From positions 64,001 through 128,000 of the forward strand of contig DAIDJN010000056.1 of the NCBI GenBank assembly GCA_027451365.1: a stretch of 64,000 nucleotides of DNA. The letters are read 5' to 3'. Source of the stretch: Phycisphaerales bacterium (GTDB taxonomy: Bacteria > Planctomycetota > Phycisphaerae > WQYP01). The notes beneath the pieces were generated by a model. That model saw only the letters and a program-made list of their open reading frames with translations, was not told where the DNA came from and made no database searches. Below, one piece after another: positions 9,739-18,285 of the stretch. Every line of letters begins with the position of its first letter. Position 1 is the stretch's first letter. The position numbers and the translations under genes were made by a program.

Positions 9739-11325
9739 ATGCCTGTCGCCATTTCGGAAGCAACCAGGGTATTTATTTCAGACCTGCAACGTCGCGCTGG
9801 CCGAAGCCGAAACGATGTGTCTGACAGTTGTCGACGGCGGAAATTTTGGCAGCCGCGCAGCTTGCCATCGGGCGGAATCATTCTTGCAGTATTGCTGCTG
9901 GGTGTCGGCCTGGTGAATTTTCCTCTGGCGGCCAAAACCACGGCGAACCAGGGGTTTAATGTCACGCTGACCGCAACCGGTACCAAGCCCGTGCCATCAT
10001 CGGCCGCTCTGCAGGATGCGACGCAAATTCTGACCACAAAATTTCATGCCAAATACAAAAAGTTGACCCCGAATAATTCCGAATTATTCGCCACTTCGCT
10101 GGTGGACAAATTTTCAACCGATTCCACACGCCCCGTATTGCAATATGCGGCATTGGACTTGGCCGTCAAACTGGCCGGAAATGCCGGTGACCCGCGACTG
10201 GGGCTTTCGGCAGTCCAGGCGATACTCAATGAGTACAAAGCCAATCCGTACCAACTGGCCGCGGAATTATTTACCGCGCTGGCCGATTCTCCTACGCAGG
10301 TCCATCCGCGCCGCAGCTTCGCCATTCTGCGAAAACTGGAAAGCAGAGCGATGGCCAAAAATGATTTCGCCAGCACCCTGGCTCTGGCAAAAGCAGGCAT
10401 AAAACTTCGCCGGCAAAACAATTGGATTAAGCTTGGTCGAAATCAGAAGCACATATTGGAACGCGGCGAACTTGGTCTTAAGGCATGGATATTTTACAAA
10501 CCGGTTGCCGCATATTTGAAGGCGAACCCAGATGATGCGGGGGCCAATCTGGGAGCAGCCGCCTTTGCCGCCGCCGTGCATCATGACTGGTCCGCCGCGT
10601 CCGCTGATCTAACCGCGGCCAAAATCAGCCAGCCCGATCAAATGGCCACCATGGCCCAGGATCATTCCGTTTCCGGTCATCTGAAACTCGCCAACGCGTG
10701 GTGGAAACTTTCGGCCAAGGGCGGTCGGAAAGGGGCCGCTCTGATCAAGCTTGCCGCTGGCGAACAATATGCGGCGGCCATACAAACTTTGCCCAAAGCT
10801 ATGCCTTCATTGCTTTCCAGCCTTACGCGGCGTCAGCTTAGCAGATTGTTCAGACGGATCCGCACCGCCGCAAGTCGGACCGACAGTCTGCCCGCGCGTC
10901 GGCTGGCCATCCTGTTTACCAGTGGTCTGCGGCCAGCCCAAATGCTTTACCGTCAATATAAAGCCGCACATAAGGCGCTGGAGGATGGGCGTAAATCCGC
11001 CCGACGGGAATTTGCGGTCGGGGCCTACACCTGCTTTATTAAAGCGGATTGGAACGATGGACTGACGCATCTGGCCGCATCTGAAAACGGGTTTGTCGCG
11101 CGCGTGGCCACGGCCGATGCCGCCAATCCGACCAAAGCCAGACAGCTCATGGCACTCGGAAAGGCTTGGCTGCGTATCGCCCGTGAATATCCAGGTTTCA
11201 TGCGCTACAACATTGAACGCCACGCCCTGGGCTGCTTTCTGGCGGCACCAAGGCAAGACATCAGCGCCGATCAGCGGTCTGCGATCAACGCACTCCAGAG
11301 CCGTTTTGATAAGGGACTTTTTTAA
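9739..11325 (+). CDS. Membrane-anchored or secreted alpha-helical hypothetical protein with internal repeat
   Basis: Long ORF with AAGGA RBS, one hydrophobic segment near the N terminus and an Ala-rich helical body containing two related segments. Confidence 0.72.
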   Translation: MPVAISEATRVFISDLQRRAGRSRNDVSDSCRRRKFWQPRSLPSGGIILAVLLLGVGLVNFPLAAKTTANQGFNVTLTATGTKPVPSSAALQDATQILTTKFHAKYKKLTPNNSELFATSLVDKFSTDSTRPVLQYAALDLAVKLAGNAGDPRLGLSAVQAILNEYKANPYQLAAELFTALADSPTQVHPRRSFAILRKLESRAMAKNDFASTLALAKAGIKLRRQNNWIKLGRNQKHILERGELGLKAWIFYKPVAAYLKANPDDAGANLGAAAFAAAVHHDWSAASADLTAAKISQPDQMATMAQDHSVSGHLKLANAWWKLSAKGGRKGAALIKLAAGEQYAAAIQTLPKAMPSLLSSLTRRQLSRLFRRIRTAASRTDSLPARRLAILFTSGLRPAQMLYRQYKAAHKALEDGRKSARREFAVGAYTCFIKADWNDGLTHLAASENGFVARVATADAANPTKARQLMALGKAWLRIAREYPGFMRYNIERHALGCFLAAPRQDISADQRSAINALQSRFDKGLF

Positions 11326-11404
11326 AATCACCGGATTCATTCCGGCCGTCAAATTCCGATGGCCGCGCGATGCCTTTTGTGACCGTAATAAAAATAGCGG
11401 TTTT

Positions 11405-13270
11405 CTATTTCGTCGGATTCGGCGGTCGTTTGTGACTATTGACAAACGCCGCTAAATCCCAGGCTTGTTGACCGGTCAGTGTTCCACCTTTGCCCAGCGG
11501 CATGTTGGCCCGGATAAATTCCGCTGCCAGTTTCAGTTTGTGCATTCCCGCACCGCTGTTAAAGGAATGTGGCCCCCATAGCGGGGGGAATTGATAGTTT
11601 CCATTGATTAAAAGTCCCTGGCCATGATCGCCGTGGCACATCATGCAATCCACTGTGAAAAGCCGCTTGCCGCGTACCACACTGGGTGTGAATGCCGGTT
11701 TGGCCAAAGGCCGGTACCCGCGACCGGGCAGGTTAGCCCCGGTCGGCGCGCCGCGCGCCAGCCAAGATGCGTACGTCATCAGCGCAGTCATGGTTTTGCC
11801 ATTGGCCGGTGGCGCTTTGCCGTTCTCACTGTATATAAAACATTCCTGGATGCGTTTTTCCAGTGTGACAACCTGTTTTGCCTTGGCTTGGTAACGCGGA
11901 TATGCCGCAAATGCCGCCCATAGCGGCGCGGAATAAGCCATGCGTCCACTTTGCAGATGGCAGTTGATGCAACTTAATCCATCGCCAATATATCCGCTTG
12001 CATATTGCGGTGTGTGATCGAAAATGTTTTTTCCCAGCAGCGCCATTTTTCCGTAGGCGTTGGCGGGAATTTCCGCATTGGGCGGCGGCGTGAATGAAAT
12101 AACAGAGCCGTGGTTGCTTTTTAATACTCCCCAGGGAGCGCCCGGCCCGGCTGCGGATGTGGCGCTTGGGGGTGGGCCGCTACCCGTCGCTGAAGAAACC
12201 TGGGCCGATACGCCGGCAACGCCCAGCGACCGTCTTCCGGATTTGACCGGCTTAAACCCGTATTTTTCAAAAATAGCCAGAGCCGCGGGTGACTTAAGAA
12301 ATGCCAGCCATTGCCGCGCCGCCGCGACATGTGCGGCGCCCTTTACCACGGCACCCGCATAAATCGCGGTCGTGTTGTATTTTTCGGGAATGGAAATATT
12401 GGAAATGGGATGGCCGATCCGCTCCTGAAAAATTGCTTCCGACTTCCACGTTATGCCGGCGACCGCGAGGCCCTGCATCAGAAAAAGCGGAGTTTGCCGG
12501 TGGTGAATGTGGGTTAACAGGGTCTGGCCATCGGCTACTTTTGTCTGATAAACCATTTTCGCCAGAGCATCGCCTCCCGCTTTTTTCAGTGACAGTTTAA
12601 TCTGTCGCGCCACGCCTTCCCACGCCGGATTGGGCATTACCACTCGCACACCCGGCCGCCCCAGATCTCGCAGGTTTTGAATGTGGCCGGGATTTCCCCG
12701 CGGAACCATGATGGTGAGATTGTTCGTCGCATAGCTGATCACCGGGCCGGTCAGCACACCCTTTTTAACCAGAGCCGCCACTTTTAATTTGCCTGCGGCG
12801 TACACATCCGGCTTGACGGTCCATGTCATGTTGCCCACAGTAATTGTGCCGCCGGCTTTCATTTGTTCAATGAGAATGCCCGGAGGAAGCGTTTCATAAA
12901 ATAATTTTCCTCTGATCTGCGGATAAAGTTTCTCAAATGCCTGAGCCAGAGGAGCCATCGCGAAGTAATAATTCCCGCCCACAAAAATAACCAGACGGGC
13001 ATGAAACGGATCCCCGTGAAAATCCGGCAGATCATCCACCTCAGGTACCGTGAATTTAAGTCCCTTATGGATGGCCGGATCGTTGGCCTGGCCGCTCCAG
13101 GGTGGAAAAACGCCTTCCTTATAGTGCGGCGGTTCAACCGCGCCATTCCAGCTCACCGTGGCCGGTCGCGCAGCCAACAGCAGGCCACCGGCCAGCACAG
13201 TGGCCGGCAACGCCGCCAGTACAGAAATTTTCATAGCTGAAAGCCGGCTTTTAAATGTAGATAGTGTCAT
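11405..13270 (-). CDS. Fusion of a ModA-like periplasmic oxyanion-binding domain and a TsdA-type dihaem cytochrome c (thiosulfate dehydrogenase/tetrathionate reductase family)
   Basis: Sec signal. N-domain has FYETLPPG, VPRGNPGHIQNLRDL and AAARQWLAFLKSPAALAIFEKYGF. After a Ser/Pro/Ala linker, the C-domain has CINCH, RIQECFIYSENG, CMMCH, FPPLWGPHSFNSGAGM and FIRANMP. Confidence 0.88.
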   Translation of the reverse strand: MTLSTFKSRLSAMKISVLAALPATVLAGGLLLAARPATVSWNGAVEPPHYKEGVFPPWSGQANDPAIHKGLKFTVPEVDDLPDFHGDPFHARLVIFVGGNYYFAMAPLAQAFEKLYPQIRGKLFYETLPPGILIEQMKAGGTITVGNMTWTVKPDVYAAGKLKVAALVKKGVLTGPVISYATNNLTIMVPRGNPGHIQNLRDLGRPGVRVVMPNPAWEGVARQIKLSLKKAGGDALAKMVYQTKVADGQTLLTHIHHRQTPLFLMQGLAVAGITWKSEAIFQERIGHPISNISIPEKYNTTAIYAGAVVKGAAHVAAARQWLAFLKSPAALAIFEKYGFKPVKSGRRSLGVAGVSAQVSSATGSGPPPSATSAAGPGAPWGVLKSNHGSVISFTPPPNAEIPANAYGKMALLGKNIFDHTPQYASGYIGDGLSCINCHLQSGRMAYSAPLWAAFAAYPRYQAKAKQVVTLEKRIQECFIYSENGKAPPANGKTMTALMTYASWLARGAPTGANLPGRGYRPLAKPAFTPSVVRGKRLFTVDCMMCHGDHGQGLLINGNYQFPPLWGPHSFNSGAGMHKLKLAAEFIRANMPLGKGGTLTGQQAWDLAAFVNSHKRPPNPTK

Positions 13271-13330
13271 AGTTTATCCTTTATAGCGGGGCACCCCGTT
13301 GGCTAACCGGGAGGCCGGCAGGGTCGCCTT

Positions 13331-14188
13331 TTATTTGGCATACGAATAACCAGCCATGGTCAGCAACGGTAACGTCGCGACAATGCCCGGCGTCAGCACC
13401 ACGCCTGGTATCAGATGGTTGGTCAGATCTGCGGCCAGTTCCTCATGGGTTAAATGATCTGGGTTATGTCCTTTGGCCAGTAAGCCGCCGGAAAATTCCC
13501 AGATCGCATTATGGCAACCAAGAAATACCGCGCCCCGATCCATCAGCAATGGCAGGCAATTGGCGGATGGAGAGAACAGCCCCAGCGGGTCGTTGTAATC
13601 CGCGGCACTGGCGTTCCTGACTTTGGCCGGTATGTCCAGAAACGTGTTGCGTTTGAATTTGTGGCCAAGCACCGCGGGTAAATTGTATTTTTCCCAGACA
13701 TACGCATCGTACAATGCCAGATGGCATGTGCCATGGGTGGCGGAAATCGCAATAAAGTCCGCATTCCTGAACGACCAGACCTGGGCATTGATAGAGTTGC
13801 GCATCAGATTCAGCCAGGGGCTGCCGATGTCTGTATTGTCCCAGACCTGTTTGGGACTACCGCGATAGTGCAACAGCAAGTCCAGCGCCGCGCTGTCCCA
13901 TTGGTCCGGGTGGGTAAGAATCATGGGCACTTTTTTAAACTTTCTGTGACGCCGGGTTGCCGCCAGCGCAGCGGTAAGGGCTGCGAGCTTTGTCGCCCCC
14001 GTAGGTTCCAGATCTTTTCCCGCCGGAACAGCGGCAGCCGTTTGTGCATTGGCCCGCCCGATCCCGGAAAGCAGCGCCGCTCCGGCGACGGATCCGGTGG
14101 CCAGCCACGCGAGCATCTGGCGGCGTGGAATGGTATTTTCGTCCGTGAATGATGACGCGCCTGCGATCTGGTTCGATTTTTCTGACAT
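13331..14188 (-). CDS. Tat-exported DsrE-like protein, candidate Acidithiobacillus-type thiosulfate dehydrogenase
   Basis: AAGGAG RBS before ATG 14188. Twin-arginine signal PRRQMLAWLATGSVAGAALL...ANA. Motifs SATHG and RGAVFLGCHNA resemble DsrE/DsrF-like folds. The specific function is inferred. Confidence 0.65.
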   Translation of the reverse strand: MSEKSNQIAGASSFTDENTIPRRQMLAWLATGSVAGAALLSGIGRANAQTAAAVPAGKDLEPTGATKLAALTAALAATRRHRKFKKVPMILTHPDQWDSAALDLLLHYRGSPKQVWDNTDIGSPWLNLMRNSINAQVWSFRNADFIAISATHGTCHLALYDAYVWEKYNLPAVLGHKFKRNTFLDIPAKVRNASAADYNDPLGLFSPSANCLPLLMDRGAVFLGCHNAIWEFSGGLLAKGHNPDHLTHEELAADLTNHLIPGVVLTPGIVATLPLLTMAGYSYAK

Positions 14189-14302
14189 ACAGCACTCCTT
14201 ATGAAAAAGAAACTGGAAGTTAACCTGGGCCGGTTGCCCGCCATTGTTCATATCCTAGGCCGCCAACTAGTATATTGCCAATATATAATTACGATGTCAT
14301 AT

Positions 14303-14321
14303 ATAAGTAATACTTATTACT
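14303..14321. promoter_or_regulatory. Palindromic regulator-binding site (LysR-type T-N11-A) upstream of the sulfur locus
   Basis: ATAAGTA-A-TACTTAT (14303-14317) overlaps AGTAATA-CT-TATTACT (14306-14321) within an AT-rich patch. Confidence 0.5.
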
Positions 14322-14378
14322 CATGCCGGGGGGCGGTGGCCGGGCCGGCGAGGCAATTCGATCCGCCGGACCTGTTGG

Positions 14379-15200
14379 CTATTTTTTGGATCCAAGAAAC
14401 TGCTCTTCTTTAGTCTTCTCTATCCTGCGATGTTCATGATGATGAATGTGCTCTTTGCAATAGCCCAGTGAACCGGTGCAGTCCGGACAATAGCGGAAAT
14501 CCATGTGTGGGTCTGTGCGGTCCGTTATTCCGCAAACCGTGCACCGATGGAATGCGCCGTCTCGAAGCGGAGCCGCGGCTTTAGCCGCGAGTCTTTTGTG
14601 GCCATAGCGCACATGCCGGATAATCTCCGGATAAAAAAAGAGCAGAAAATTAAGGATCGAGGCCAATATCATGGCCCGAATCATCCAATCTCCGGTGATC
14701 AGGGTCATGCAGTAATACGCCCAAATCACCCACGCGATATATTTCACACGAATGGGCAGAACCATGAACAGATAGACTTGAAATTCCGGATATAGCCATG
14801 CAAATGCCAGAAATACCGATGCCATGAGAAATATATTTGTGGCGATGCTGTACGGCACAATAAAGGCCGCTGCCACCGTGGCGACGTACCCTATCAGAAG
14901 AAATAAATTATACCGCAGGTCTCCCCACTGTCTTTCCAGCGCTGAACCCAGCAGATAGAAAAAATAGAGATCGAAAAACAGCCAGATGGGACTGAACGTC
15001 GGCGGAAGAAGCATAAACGTAACTAATCGCCACCATTGGCCGGCCAGAATCTGGGATGGTATCAGAAACAGTCCCTCCACGATTTGTGGACGCGAAAGGT
15101 GCAGCACAAACATCAGGGTCTGTCCGCAAATCAGCAGAAGAGTCAAATGCCTGACCGCATATCGGTTCACCGACCGCTCGATTTTTTGTTTCCATCCCAT
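14379..15200 (-). CDS. Rhomboid/derlin-like membrane protein with C-terminal Cys/His Zn-finger
   Basis: GQWWRLVTF, LGSALERQWG and LPIRVKY; C-terminal CTVC...CPDC...YCKEH. No GxSG catalytic motif seen. Confidence 0.8.
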   Translation of the reverse strand: MGWKQKIERSVNRYAVRHLTLLLICGQTLMFVLHLSRPQIVEGLFLIPSQILAGQWWRLVTFMLLPPTFSPIWLFFDLYFFYLLGSALERQWGDLRYNLFLLIGYVATVAAAFIVPYSIATNIFLMASVFLAFAWLYPEFQVYLFMVLPIRVKYIAWVIWAYYCMTLITGDWMIRAMILASILNFLLFFYPEIIRHVRYGHKRLAAKAAAPLRDGAFHRCTVCGITDRTDPHMDFRYCPDCTGSLGYCKEHIHHHEHRRIEKTKEEQFLGSKK

Positions 15201-15325
15201 GGGCGCAACTCTCTTGGCCGTGGCGGCCTTGAATGCAAAACAATGACCTGCACCTTCCGGTTAAGCAAGGGTATCTTAATAGGAATACAGCGATTCGTCG
15301 CCACCCTGGCATTTGCCGGCAACAA

Positions 15326-17833
15326 CTACCGTTCCAGCAGCGAACTGATCGCCTTAAGCGCCCGCTCCAGCAGTTCTGGATTCGGCACCGGTATTTTCAT
15401 GTAGGGTTCACCCGTGCGTTCATCGCGGTGAATCAGCGACGGTATCACAATCGATCCGGTTCTCTGTGCAGTCGGTCGGTCGGATTCCGTCGGCGGCCGC
15501 CCCGTTTGTGCCGCTATTTGTTCCAGCAGGCCCAATCCAACCTGCAGCAACCCGGCCCATGGATTGGCACCGGTGGTATTTGTGGCTTTGGAATCGGCGA
15601 AGGTGTCGCCGGAGATGATTTGCGACGGGGCGGTGCCGTCGACACTTTCGGAAGCCGCCACACCGCCAGGAATCACTGGCTGTGAATGATGCGCATCTTC
15701 ACTGTCCGTGCCAGCGGCGGCGGGCGCTTCGGCACTATCGGCCGGACTGTCCGGAATCGCGCTGGTGGCCCGTTCCACGGTTTCAATAAATTTCTTTAAT
15801 CGCGATCCGCCGAGCATGACGGTGGATTCTCCGTTGTCCAGCGCTCCCGAAAACAGCGATTTTTTGAATTTCAGCAACGAAAGCATGCCTTCTTCAATCG
15901 TGTCCTTGGCCACAAAATTGATCACCTGCACCGGCTTGCGCTGGCCAAGCCGATGCACGCGGCCAATGCGCTGCTCAAGCACCGCCGGGTTCCACGGCAG
16001 GTCCACATTCACCACCACAGAGGCTGAATGCTGCAGATTTAATCCGACGCCCCCAGCGTCTGTGGCCAGAAAGGCCCGACATTTCTTCTCCTCACGGAAT
16101 CGGTCCACCAGAGCGCCGCGCTGGTTTCCCGGCACCCCACCATGAAAAAGAACATGGTCCCATGCCCGGTCCCTAATGCGCCGCACAAGCAATTCGTGCA
16201 TTCGAAGCCACTGACTGAAGATAACGACTTTTTCGTCCGGTTGTTCAAATAATTCATCTATCAGCGTGGTCAGCTCATCGGCCTTATATCCAAAGTCACT
16301 TTCATGGTCCAGCAGATATGTGCTGTCGCAGCTCATACGCATATTTTGCAGAGCGATCAGCAGTCGCTGGCGGTCGACCTCCGAAATATAGCGTGTTTGC
16401 CGCCATTTCAGCACTATGCGGGCCACAGTCTGCCGATTTTCCTCATGATGATTGGCCTGTTGGGGTGTCATCGGCACAAAAAAAGTTTTATCAATCCTTT
16501 CTGGTAGATCTTTGAGAACGGCGGCTTTCTTGCGCCGAATAAGAATCGGCTCAAGCGTGCGCCCAATCGTGTCAAGGTCCTTATAGCCAATCACCCGACC
16601 GGTTTCCGGGTCGTGGAGCTGATGCTTCCGCAGAAATTGAAAAGTCGGACCGAATCGATGCCGATCCACAAACTGCACCACTGAAACAAGTTCCTCGAGC
16701 CTGTTTTCCAGCGGGGTGCCGGTCAGAACAATGGCATAAGGCGATTGAATTCGCTTGACACAGCGGGCCGCAATGGTGTTCCAGTTTTTAATCCGTTGTG
16801 CCTCATCCAGAATGACCATGTCCGGCGACCATCGCTCAATAATGTCCACGTCCCGACGAATCGTGTCATAGTTCGTGATCTTGTAAAAAGTGTCCGTTTC
16901 AAAGCATTTTTCCCGACGGGCTCGCAGGCCGCCGATAACTCCGGCCGATCGCTGGCAGAATTTTTCGATTTCACGTGCCCACTGGTGTTTTAAGGAGGTC
17001 GGGCAAATAATCAGCACGCGCCGTACGCCAAAATGCCGCGCCATCATTTCCGCCGCAGCAATGGCCTGAATGGTTTTGCCCAGTCCCATTTCATCGCCAA
17101 TTAAACAGCGGCCGGCCCGCGCTGCAAACAGGGCACCCTCCTTTTGATATGGATACAGCGGCACGCGCAGCAGTTGGTTCATAGCCGGGCTGTCCGCTCC
17201 CTGTTTATACAGATTGCCAAGCACACGATCGCGCAACGCCGCATCGCGCTTTTGCGCCAGGAAATCCATGGCGTCCGGATAGCATCGCAGGTCATGCTCC
17301 GCTTGGGCCGCGGCGGCAAGCAGTTTTTCCAGATCTTCCGCGGTCCCGGGCAGCATGGCACCGGCGGCATCAAAATAATCGGCTGCGACCTGCCGAAGTT
17401 TTTCCGGACATTCCGTCCCGGCGCGAAAGCGCACTTCACGTTGCGCGCCGTAGCGAAGGTATATAGAACTGTAAGGCCGCGCAAAGCCCCGTTTAAGTGC
17501 GGCTTCGCCGCCGGGCTGCTTCCGAAGAGTCTGCAATGTGAATTCAATGTGCTTGCAGGTGCCCAACGTGTTGGTGATGAAGTCCGGGCATGAACAGAAA
17601 TTGTCGCCGAGTTGTTCCCCGCGAATGGCTACCCGATAGGTTCCATTGGTGGTGGGATTCGTCACCTGAAAATCGGAAAAGACTTTCTGACTGCCTGTAT
17701 TCCGCAGCCCGAAAATCTGTTCCTGCCCGTATTGGCGGCGCAAGGCGATCTGCCATTCTTCCAGGCCCATTTTCGCCGGTTGAACCAGGTGGGAAACCTT
17801 CGCCGGTTTGGTTTTGGCCGATTTGATCGTCAT
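15326..17833 (-). CDS. SWIM Zn-finger / SNF2-family helicase
   Basis: CSCPDF...CKH (SWIM), DEMGLGKT, ILDEAQRIKN, LTGTPLEN, GGVGLNLQ, QRIGRVHRLGQ. AAGGAG RBS before ATG 17833. Confidence 0.93.
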   Translation of the reverse strand: MTIKSAKTKPAKVSHLVQPAKMGLEEWQIALRRQYGQEQIFGLRNTGSQKVFSDFQVTNPTTNGTYRVAIRGEQLGDNFCSCPDFITNTLGTCKHIEFTLQTLRKQPGGEAALKRGFARPYSSIYLRYGAQREVRFRAGTECPEKLRQVAADYFDAAGAMLPGTAEDLEKLLAAAAQAEHDLRCYPDAMDFLAQKRDAALRDRVLGNLYKQGADSPAMNQLLRVPLYPYQKEGALFAARAGRCLIGDEMGLGKTIQAIAAAEMMARHFGVRRVLIICPTSLKHQWAREIEKFCQRSAGVIGGLRARREKCFETDTFYKITNYDTIRRDVDIIERWSPDMVILDEAQRIKNWNTIAARCVKRIQSPYAIVLTGTPLENRLEELVSVVQFVDRHRFGPTFQFLRKHQLHDPETGRVIGYKDLDTIGRTLEPILIRRKKAAVLKDLPERIDKTFFVPMTPQQANHHEENRQTVARIVLKWRQTRYISEVDRQRLLIALQNMRMSCDSTYLLDHESDFGYKADELTTLIDELFEQPDEKVVIFSQWLRMHELLVRRIRDRAWDHVLFHGGVPGNQRGALVDRFREEKKCRAFLATDAGGVGLNLQHSASVVVNVDLPWNPAVLEQRIGRVHRLGQRKPVQVINFVAKDTIEEGMLSLLKFKKSLFSGALDNGESTVMLGGSRLKKFIETVERATSAIPDSPADSAEAPAAAGTDSEDAHHSQPVIPGGVAASESVDGTAPSQIISGDTFADSKATNTTGANPWAGLLQVGLGLLEQIAAQTGRPPTESDRPTAQRTGSIVIPSLIHRDERTGEPYMKIPVPNPELLERALKAISSLLER

Positions 17834-18213
17834 CGCATCGCTCCTTGTGAAAGGGCTTCGCACAGCCCTCTACCCGCAATTCCCGCATACGGTCATATCC
17901 GTGGGCTCTGTGTCCATATTGAATGGTGGCAAGAATGCGCTAAAACGTCAACTGGCAGACGGGAAACCCGAAAAAAATGTGGCTGTTTCCGTCGGTAAAC
18001 TGAAAATAAAAAATCCGCGGATCGTCGCCCGATGGGGAAACTCATCGCTCATCGGCATCCCGGGCCGCTTTTTCCCCTTTCAGTCATCATTGACGGGCAG
18101 AAAGCAGGCCGGGACGCAAATCGTCGGCCGCCGCCAGAGAACGTGAAAGGTTATGCTTAAACGCAGGCTTGACGGAATACCGCAAATTGGAATCGCATTA
18201 AAAATGATAAATC

Positions 18214-18254
18214 AAAAAGCGGGGAGCCAACGCAAGCAGCGTAAGTCCCCGCTC
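18214..18254 (-). terminator. Putative intrinsic terminator after the prepilin gene
   Basis: Minus strand AGCGGGGA...TCCCCGCT stem followed by TTTT, about 30 nt after the stop at 18286. Confidence 0.55.
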
Positions 18255-18285
18255 CGCTTGGATTCTAGAGTCTATCAGTCGCCAA

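Noticed and set aside
14270..14300. ModE box upstream of the ModA-like gene
   Set aside because: The TATAT repeats are spaced by 6 and 13 nt rather than 7, and no modBC is present.
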